Positions 1-7,772 of a stretch of DNA of 8,558 bases are shown here, one piece after another. The first letter of the stretch is position 1; every line of letters starts with the position of its first letter. The notes under the pieces were generated by a model. The model ran no database searches. It saw only the letters and a list, made by a program, of their open reading frames with translations, and had not been told where the DNA came from. Source of the DNA: Naegleria gruberi (lineage: Eukaryota); the NCBI GenBank assembly GCA_000004985.1, contig GG739059.1; one strand, given 5' to 3'. Made by a program: the position numbers and the translations under genes.

Positions 1-517
1 GTGACTTATATTACTAAATCTTGGATTACATACAATAAATAGAATGTTCACAATCAGATATTAGACAGTCGTTACTATTCTAAACATGTGTGACACACTA
101 TCATTACACTAAATGGTACTGTACGTGATCGTTTCAACTGTTTCCCAGCCCTATTTTAACTCTATAGAGAAACCAGTATGCGGCTTGTACCAGAATCTTT
201 GACTATTGGTTTGTATATATGCTATAGATAGTCTGTTGGGGCATACTTAAAAATATACTGTAAGTTTGTTTTTCGTATTTTAAGATGATGTTCATACTTA
301 CACTATCCTCGTCAATATTTTATGTTGACCAGTTGGCCCAATGTTTCTACTTACGTATTGTGGTTGAGAGATGAATATAACAGATCAATGACAAGAAGCT
401 TCATATAATGATACTCAAATAATAAATAGTTGATTTACAACAGCTGTTATGATATTATGGAACATTTGGTAGATTACGGTCATGGTTAATGCGAGAAAGG
501 CCATTGAAGCATTAATG

Positions 518-523
518 TTTATT
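518..523 (-). terminator. Putative polyadenylation signal (AATAAA on the minus strand, TTTATT on plus), 43-48 nt downstream of the TAA of the coiled-coil gene.
   Basis: Hexamer seen directly at the expected distance from the stop codon. There is no other support, and in AT-rich DNA such hexamers are frequent. Confidence 0.35.
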
Positions 524-565
524 CAATAAAATAGATTCAATTTTTGAAATATTTGTAATTAAAAA

Positions 566-2029
566 TTAACTCTTTTTTTTATTCAATGTACTACTTGGAC
601 TGTTATCACTCTGTGTTTGTTGACCAGGAGATGATTGATTAGACTTTGGAGATGATGTATCGGTAGGAGATAATGATAATGGTCTTAATTTTCTACTTCT
701 TGGTGATGATGATTGATTCTCATTGTCCATTGACGCTGTAAAAGTCATATTATTATTGGTCAATGTTTGATTATTAATACTACTACTGTTAGTAGGAGAA
801 GGTGAAGAATCTAATAATTTTCTTTCAATAAATTGTAATCTTTTTCTTGCTTGTTCTTCTCTAATTTTTAATTGATCAATTGATTTTTCTAAATGTCTTG
901 TTCTTTCAAAATCTCTTTCAATTTGAGTTTTTAAATGTTGTGAAACAATATCTTGTGATTGTTGTATTCTTGCATTTTGTACATATTCATATCCAATACG
1001 TTGTGATTTAATTTGATTTACAACTTGTTCTTTCATTTGTAATATTTGACGTTCTCTTTCATGAAATAAATTTTCATTGTAAACTTTTGAAGATTGTCTT
1101 TGTAATTGTTTTTGTTTTGCAAATTCATTCTTTTTAATTCTATTTTCTTCTTTTAATCTTTGATTTAATTCTTTAATTTCATTTCTTCTATTTGAATTAT
1201 ATTGTGTTAATTGATTTTTTTGATTTAAATGTAAATCTTTAAAAAAATCAATTCTCTTTCTAAATTCATTAGTTTCAATTTTCTTTTCCAATTCAAAATT
1301 TTTAATTCTTTCTTTAACATTTAATCTTGAATCTTTAATTGATGAAACTATTTGTGATTTTTCTTCTAATAATTTCATATCTAATTCTTTCCTTTTTTGT
1401 ACAAGTTCATTCATTGATTTTTTTAATTTTTTAGATTCTTCATGTTTTTGATTTAAAAAATCATTTTGTAATAATTTTGATCCTTTTCTCTTTTCTTCTT
1501 CTTCTAAAAATTTAATTCTAGATAATAATGATTGATAGGCTTTTTCTGCTTCTTTTTTACTTGTTTTAGTTTGTGATAGTTTTGTAAATGATGGTTCAAT
1601 TATATTATTACTACTACTTGTTAGTATATTCAGTGATGATGATGTATTATTATTTGTATTATTATTAGTATTATTATTGGATCGATTTGAAAATAAATTA
1701 GATGGATTATGTGATGATTTTCTAACAGGTGATAATGAAAATGATGGTTGAAATGATGAATTACTTGGTGATAATGATGAATATTGTTGTTGATGTTGTT
1801 GTTGTACAGAAGATGATGATGATGAATTGTATTGTTGACCTGGACTGAGTGGTGTCTTAATTGGTGAGAGAGCAATCTTTTGTTGTAATTGTAATTGAGG
1901 ATGATAATTTGAATGATTGGAATGATTTAAAGTATTATTATTATTGATATTATTATTATTAGGTGAATTTGGTGAATTTGTAACAACACCTACACCTGGA
2001 TGATGATTTAATGGAGTTGCAATTGTCAT
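566..2029 (-). CDS. Uncharacterized low-complexity coiled-coil protein (487 aa in window). N-terminal N/S/Q/H-rich region, central ~250-aa K/E/R/Q-rich heptad-like coiled-coil, C-terminal S/P/T/N-rich tail. TAA stop at 566-568. The 5' end may be incomplete because the frame stays open (QTEYNK-M) up to the N block 19 nt upstream of the ATG.
   Basis: A 488-codon stop-free frame in ~70% AT DNA is very unlikely by chance. Codon usage is consistent (AGA Arg, TTA Leu, CCA Pro, CAA Gln, AAT Asn). The ATG at 2029..2027 sits in an AACAAAATGA context. Composition changes from coding-like to non-coding immediately after the TAA. The translation reads as a classic coiled-coil (EEEEKRKG..LKKSMNELVQKRKELDMKLLEEK..) flanked by homopolymer tracts. 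No family-specific motif was recognised. Confidence 0.75.
   Translation of the reverse strand: MTIATPLNHHPGVGVVTNSPNSPNNNNINNNNTLNHSNHSNYHPQLQLQQKIALSPIKTPLSPGQQYNSSSSSSVQQQHQQQYSSLSPSNSSFQPSFSLSPVRKSSHNPSNLFSNRSNNNTNNNTNNNTSSSLNILTSSSNNIIEPSFTKLSQTKTSKKEAEKAYQSLLSRIKFLEEEEKRKGSKLLQNDFLNQKHEESKKLKKSMNELVQKRKELDMKLLEEKSQIVSSIKDSRLNVKERIKNFELEKKIETNEFRKRIDFFKDLHLNQKNQLTQYNSNRRNEIKELNQRLKEENRIKKNEFAKQKQLQRQSSKVYNENLFHERERQILQMKEQVVNQIKSQRIGYEYVQNARIQQSQDIVSQHLKTQIERDFERTRHLEKSIDQLKIREEQARKRLQFIERKLLDSSPSPTNSSSINNQTLTNNNMTFTASMDNENQSSSPRSRKLRPLSLSPTDTSSPKSNQSSPGQQTQSDNSPSSTLNKKKS
1631..1965 (-). repeat. Coding trinucleotide microsatellites inside the coiled-coil gene: (ATT/AAT)n around 1641-1680 and 1931-1965, (TTG/CAA)n 1785-1806, (GAT/ATC)n 1812-1824. 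They encode poly-Asn, poly-Gln and poly-Ser runs.
   Basis: Visible tandem 3-nt periodicity in the sequence. The translated protein shows NNNNINNNN, QQQHQQQ and SSSSSS tracts. Confidence 0.7.
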
Positions 2030-2048
2030 TTTGTTATATTCTGTTTGA

Positions 2049-5000
2049 NNNNNNNNNNNNNNNNNNNNNNNNNNNNNNNNNNNNNNNNNNNNNNNNNNNN
2101 NNNNNNNNNNNNNNNNNNNNNNNNNNNNNNNNNNNNNNNNNNNNNNNNNNNNNNNNNNNNNNNNNNNNNNNNNNNNNNNNNNNNNNNNNNNNNNNNNNNN
2201 NNNNNNNNNNNNNNNNNNNNNNNNNNNNNNNNNNNNNNNNNNNNNNNNNNNNNNNNNNNNNNNNNNNNNNNNNNNNNNNNNNNNNNNNNNNNNNNNNNNN
2301 NNNNNNNNNNNNNNNNNNNNNNNNNNNNNNNNNNNNNNNNNNNNNNNNNNNNNNNNNNNNNNNNNNNNNNNNNNNNNNNNNNNNNNNNNNNNNNNNNNNN
2401 NNNNNNNNNNNNNNNNNNNNNNNNNNNNNNNNNNNNNNNNNNNNNNNNNNNNNNNNNNNNNNNNNNNNNNNNNNNNNNNNNNNNNNNNNNNNNNNNNNNN
2501 NNNNNNNNNNNNNNNNNNNNNNNNNNNNNNNNNNNNNNNNNNNNNNNNNNNNNNNNNNNNNNNNNNNNNNNNNNNNNNNNNNNNNNNNNNNNNNNNNNNN
2601 NNNNNNNNNNNNNNNNNNNNNNNNNNNNNNNNNNNNNNNNNNNNNNNNNNNNNNNNNNNNNNNNNNNNNNNNNNNNNNNNNNNNNNNNNNNNNNNNNNNN
2701 NNNNNNNNNNNNNNNNNNNNNNNNNNNNNNNNNNNNNNNNNNNNNNNNNNNNNNNNNNNNNNNNNNNNNNNNNNNNNNNNNNNNNNNNNNNNNNNNNNNN
2801 NNNNNNNNNNNNNNNNNNNNNNNNNNNNNNNNNNNNNNNNNNNNNNNNNNNNNNNNNNNNNNNNNNNNNNNNNNNNNNNNNNNNNNNNNNNNNNNNNNNN
2901 NNNNNNNNNNNNNNNNNNNNNNNNNNNNNNNNNNNNNNNNNNNNNNNNNNNNNNNNNNNNNNNNNNNNNNNNNNNNNNNNNNNNNNNNNNNNNNNNNNNN
3001 NNNNNNNNNNNNNNNNNNNNNNNNNNNNNNNNNNNNNNNNNNNNNNNNNNNNNNNNNNNNNNNNNNNNNNNNNNNNNNNNNNNNNNNNNNNNNNNNNNNN
3101 NNNNNNNNNNNNNNNNNNNNNNNNNNNNNNNNNNNNNNNNNNNNNNNNNNNNNNNNNNNNNNNNNNNNNNNNNNNNNNNNNNNNNNNNNNNNNNNNNNNN
3201 NNNNNNNNNNNNNNNNNNNNNNNNNNNNNNNNNNNNNNNNNNNNNNNNNNNNNNNNNNNNNNNNNNNNNNNNNNNNNNNNNNNNNNNNNNNNNNNNNNNN
3301 NNNNNNNNNNNNNNNNNNNNNNNNNNNNNNNNNNNNNNNNNNNNNNNNNNNNNNNNNNNNNNNNNNNNNNNNNNNNNNNNNNNNNNNNNNNNNNNNNNNN
3401 NNNNNNNNNNNNNNNNNNNNNNNNNNNNNNNNNNNNNNNNNNNNNNNNNNNNNNNNNNNNNNNNNNNNNNNNNNNNNNNNNNNNNNNNNNNNNNNNNNNN
3501 NNNNNNNNNNNNNNNNNNNNNNNNNNNNNNNNNNNNNNNNNNNNNNNNNNNNNNNNNNNNNNNNNNNNNNNNNNNNNNNNNNNNNNNNNNNNNNNNNNNN
3601 NNNNNNNNNNNNNNNNNNNNNNNNNNNNNNNNNNNNNNNNNNNNNNNNNNNNNNNNNNNNNNNNNNNNNNNNNNNNNNNNNNNNNNNNNNNNNNNNNNNN
3701 NNNNNNNNNNNNNNNNNNNNNNNNNNNNNNNNNNNNNNNNNNNNNNNNNNNNNNNNNNNNNNNNNNNNNNNNNNNNNNNNNNNNNNNNNNNNNNNNNNNN
3801 NNNNNNNNNNNNNNNNNNNNNNNNNNNNNNNNNNNNNNNNNNNNNNNNNNNNNNNNNNNNNNNNNNNNNNNNNNNNNNNNNNNNNNNNNNNNNNNNNNNN
3901 NNNNNNNNNNNNNNNNNNNNNNNNNNNNNNNNNNNNNNNNNNNNNNNNNNNNNNNNNNNNNNNNNNNNNNNNNNNNNNNNNNNNNNNNNNNNNNNNNNNN
4001 NNNNNNNNNNNNNNNNNNNNNNNNNNNNNNNNNNNNNNNNNNNNNNNNNNNNNNNNNNNNNNNNNNNNNNNNNNNNNNNNNNNNNNNNNNNNNNNNNNNN
4101 NNNNNNNNNNNNNNNNNNNNNNNNNNNNNNNNNNNNNNNNNNNNNNNNNNNNNNNNNNNNNNNNNNNNNNNNNNNNNNNNNNNNNNNNNNNNNNNNNNNN
4201 NNNNNNNNNNNNNNNNNNNNNNNNNNNNNNNNNNNNNNNNNNNNNNNNNNNNNNNNNNNNNNNNNNNNNNNNNNNNNNNNNNNNNNNNNNNNNNNNNNNN
4301 NNNNNNNNNNNNNNNNNNNNNNNNNNNNNNNNNNNNNNNNNNNNNNNNNNNNNNNNNNNNNNNNNNNNNNNNNNNNNNNNNNNNNNNNNNNNNNNNNNNN
4401 NNNNNNNNNNNNNNNNNNNNNNNNNNNNNNNNNNNNNNNNNNNNNNNNNNNNNNNNNNNNNNNNNNNNNNNNNNNNNNNNNNNNNNNNNNNNNNNNNNNN
4501 NNNNNNNNNNNNNNNNNNNNNNNNNNNNNNNNNNNNNNNNNNNNNNNNNNNNNNNNNNNNNNNNNNNNNNNNNNNNNNNNNNNNNNNNNNNNNNNNNNNN
4601 NNNNNNNNNNNNNNNNNNNNNNNNNNNNNNNNNNNNNNNNNNNNNNNNNNNNNNNNNNNNNNNNNNNNNNNNNNNNNNNNNNNNNNNNNNNNNNNNNNNN
4701 NNNNNNNNNNNNNNNNNNNNNNNNNNNNNNNNNNNNNNNNNNNNNNNNNNNNNNNNNNNNNNNNNNNNNNNNNNNNNNNNNNNNNNNNNNNNNNNNNNNN
4801 NNNNNNNNNNNNNNNNNNNNNNNNNNNNNNNNNNNNNNNNNNNNNNNNNNNNNNNNNNNNNNNNNNNNNNNNNNNNNNNNNNNNNNNNNNNNNNNNNNNN
4901 NNNNNNNNNNNNNNNNNNNNNNNNNNNNNNNNNNNNNNNNNNNNNNNNNNNNNNNNNNNNNNNNNNNNNNNNNNNNNNNNNNNNNNNNNNNNNNNNNNNN

Positions 5001-7198
5001 NNNNNNNNNNNNNNNNNNNNNNNNNNNNNNNNNNNNNNNNNNNNNNNNNNNNNNNNNNNNNNNNNNNNNNNNNNNNNNNNNNNNNNNNNNNNNNNNNNNN
5101 NNNNNNNNNNNNNNNNNNNNNNNNNNNNNNNNNNNNNNNNNNNNNNNNNNNNNNNNNNNNNNNNNNNNNNNNNNNNNNNNNNNNNNNNNNNNNNNNNNNN
5201 NNNNNNNNNNNNNNNNNNNNNNNNNNNNNNNNNNNNNNNNNNNNNNNNNNNNNNNNNNNNNNNNNNNNNNNNNNNNNNNNNNNNNNNNNNNNNNNNNNNN
5301 NNNNNNNNNNNNNNNNNNNNNNNNNNNNNNNNNNNNNNNNNNNNNNNNNNNNNNNNNNNNNNNNNNNNNNNNNNNNNNNNNNNNNNNNNNNNNNNNNNNN
5401 NNNNNNNNNNNNNNNNNNNNNNNNNNNNNNNNNNNNNNNNNNNNNNNNNNNNNNNNNNNNNNNNNNNNNNNNNNNNNNNNNNNNNNNNNNNNNNNNNNNN
5501 NNNNNNNNNNNNNNNNNNNNNNNNNNNNNNNNNNNNNNNNNNNNNNNNNNNNNNNNNNNNNNNNNNNNNNNNNNNNNNNNNNNNNNNNNNNNNNNNNNNN
5601 NNNNNNNNNNNNNNNNNNNNNNNNNNNNNNNNNNNNNNNNNNNNNNNNNNNNNNNNNNNNNNNNNNNNNNNNNNNNNNNNNNNNNNNNNNNNNNNNNNNN
5701 NNNNNNNNNNNNNNNNNNNNNNNNNNNNNNNNNNNNNNNNNNNNNNNNNNNNNNNNNNNNNNNNNNNNNNNNNNNNNNNNNNNNNNNNNNNNNNNNNNNN
5801 NNNNNNNNNNNNNNNNNNNNNNNNNNNNNNNNNNNNNNNNNNNNNNNNNNNNNNNNNNNNNNNNNNNNNNNNNNNNNNNNNNNNNNNNNNNNNNNNNNNN
5901 NNNNNNNNNNNNNNNNNNNNNNNNNNNNNNNNNNNNNNNNNNNNNNNNNNNNNNNNNNNNNNNNNNNNNNNNNNNNNNNNNNNNNNNNNNNNNNNNNNNN
6001 NNNNNNNNNNNNNNNNNNNNNNNNNNNNNNNNNNNNNNNNNNNNNNNNNNNNNNNNNNNNNNNNNNNNNNNNNNNNNNNNNNNNNNNNNNNNNNNNNNNN
6101 NNNNNNNNNNNNNNNNNNNNNNNNNNNNNNNNNNNNNNNNNNNNNNNNNNNNNNNNNNNNNNNNNNNNNNNNNNNNNNNNNNNNNNNNNNNNNNNNNNNN
6201 NNNNNNNNNNNNNNNNNNNNNNNNNNNNNNNNNNNNNNNNNNNNNNNNNNNNNNNNNNNNNNNNNNNNNNNNNNNNNNNNNNNNNNNNNNNNNNNNNNNN
6301 NNNNNNNNNNNNNNNNNNNNNNNNNNNNNNNNNNNNNNNNNNNNNNNNNNNNNNNNNNNNNNNNNNNNNNNNNNNNNNNNNNNNNNNNNNNNNNNNNNNN
6401 NNNNNNNNNNNNNNNNNNNNNNNNNNNNNNNNNNNNNNNNNNNNNNNNNNNNNNNNNNNNNNNNNNNNNNNNNNNNNNNNNNNNNNNNNNNNNNNNNNNN
6501 NNNNNNNNNNNNNNNNNNNNNNNNNNNNNNNNNNNNNNNNNNNNNNNNNNNNNNNNNNNNNNNNNNNNNNNNNNNNNNNNNNNNNNNNNNNNNNNNNNNN
6601 NNNNNNNNNNNNNNNNNNNNNNNNNNNNNNNNNNNNNNNNNNNNNNNNNNNNNNNNNNNNNNNNNNNNNNNNNNNNNNNNNNNNNNNNNNNNNNNNNNNN
6701 NNNNNNNNNNNNNNNNNNNNNNNNNNNNNNNNNNNNNNNNNNNNNNNNNNNNNNNNNNNNNNNNNNNNNNNNNNNNNNNNNNNNNNNNNNNNNNNNNNNN
6801 NNNNNNNNNNNNNNNNNNNNNNNNNNNNNNNNNNNNNNNNNNNNNNNNNNNNNNNNNNNNNNNNNNNNNNNNNNNNNNNNNNNNNNNNNNNNNNNNNNNN
6901 NNNNNNNNNNNNNNNNNNNNNNNNNNNNNNNNNNNNNNNNNNNNNNNNNNNNNNNNNNNNNNNNNNNNNNNNNNNNNNNNNNNNNNNNNNNNNNNNNNNN
7001 NNNNNNNNNNNNNNNNNNNNNNNNNNNNNNNNNNNNNNNNNNNNNNNNNNNNNNNNNNNNNNNNNNNNNNNNNNNNNNNNNNNNNNNNNNNNNNNNNNNN
7101 NNNNNNNNNNNNNNNNNNNNNNNNNNNNNNNNNNNNNNNNNNNNNNNNNNNNNNNNNNNNNNNNNNNNNNNNNNNNNNNNNNNNNNNNNNNNNNNNNN
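2049..7198. other. 5,150-nt run of N: an assembly gap or hard-masked sequence. It contains no readable information. Every ORF-track entry that is mostly 'X' is an artefact of translating through it.
   Basis: Direct: uninterrupted n from 2049 to 7198. Real sequence resumes at 7199 inside a (TGA)n microsatellite. Confidence 0.98.
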
Positions 7199-7551
7199 AG
7201 TAGTGATGATGATGATGATGGTGATGTGGTGGTGTTAATAGTGCCACTATCTGATAGTAATATAACTACTTTTGAATGAGTTTCAGCAATTCTTTTAAAT
7301 TTAATTTCCTCCCAGAATGGTATTTCCTCCCATTTCAAAATTCCTTGAGCAAACATGAAGAATGTAGTAACAATTGAAAATATAGAAATTGCTATGGTTA
7401 TGAGAATTTGTAATTTAGAGGTAGTAGAAGATGATGGATTGTAGAAATTATTGTCATCATCATAATGATGGTTATGACTTTTGTCATCTATTGTCATGGA
7501 AAATAATTTGGAAAATTGTAGAGTCAATCGATAAATCATTGTTGTTTGCAT
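7199..7551 (-). CDS. 5' part of a minus-strand gene (117 codons visible, continuing into the N block). Predicted single-pass, signal-anchor (type II-like) membrane protein: ~45-aa polar N-terminus, one TM helix (KLQILITIAISIFSIVTTFFMFAQGIL, nt ~7342-7413), then KWEEIPFWEEIKFKRIAETHSKVVILLSDSG... and a Ser/Thr-rich linker.
   Basis: First in-frame ATG at 7551..7549. Upstream in this frame there is no ATG before the stop at ~7648. The frame is stop-free down to the mask. There is a clear 25-residue hydrophobic segment preceded by charged residues. Codon usage matches the other genes. Product family unknown because the domain is hidden in the mask. Confidence 0.55.
7201..7234. repeat. (TGA)5 then TGG/TGA/TGT/GGT/GGT imperfect trinucleotide microsatellite immediately abutting the N block. 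It encodes a Ser run (SPSSSSSL) in the minus-strand gene.
   Basis: Direct: tagtgatgatgatgatgatggtgatgtggtggtg. Its position at the mask edge suggests the mask or gap may be repeat-related. Confidence 0.7.
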
Positions 7552-7772
7552 GTTGAGGAGATGAGATGTATTCTCATTATTTAATGTATTTTTTTTCTGT
7601 TTCGCTAAACAAATTGATAAAAAGAGTAACCCATTTCTTAATACTATTCACTATTTAATAACTTTTAAAGATTCATTGTCAATTTTATTTTAAAAATGGA
7701 CGCACAGTTTGCTCACAAAGGCTAACGAACAAATTTGGTTGTTTCATCTCTCTCATAAAAACAATTGCTGTG
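7552..7772. promoter_or_regulatory. Putative bidirectional promoter and 5'UTR region (221 bp) between divergent start codons (minus gene ATG 7551, plus gene ATG 7773). Contains an A/T-rich TATA-like element TATTTTAAAAAT at ~7686-7697, about 75 nt upstream of the plus-gene ATG.
   Basis: Divergent head-to-head arrangement seen directly. The region is non-coding in all frames and AT-rich (~70%). Element calls are motif-level only. Confidence 0.4.

Noticed and set aside
566-568. Possibility that TAA is read as Gln (ciliate nuclear code), so genes continue past TAA.
   Set aside because: Beyond the TAA at 566-568 the sequence immediately loses codon periodicity and homopolymer-codon structure, and the next in-frame TGA is far away through clearly non-coding-looking DNA. 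The standard code fits.
1630-1875. 81-aa minus-strand ORF, His/Ile/Asn-rich (MLSHQLRHHSVQVNNTIHHHH...).
   Set aside because: It is entirely nested in an alternative frame of the 487-codon coiled-coil CDS, across its trinucleotide-repeat region. Its low-complexity composition is dictated by the repeats. It is a shadow ORF.
2011-7279. Three giant ORF-track entries (2011..7203 +, 2034..7247 -, 2045..7279 +) of 1730-1744 aa consisting almost entirely of X.
   Set aside because: They are artefacts of translating through the 5,150-nt N run. Their only real residues come from a few flanking codons (for example the poly-His MALLTPPHHHHHHHHY is the (TGA)n microsatellite read in a wrong frame). There is no evidence of coding.
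7770-7772. ORF-track start at 7770 giving an 'MM' N-terminus.
   Set aside because: 7770-7772 is GTG. The tracker uses bacterial alternative starts. In a eukaryotic gene the start is the ATG at 7773.
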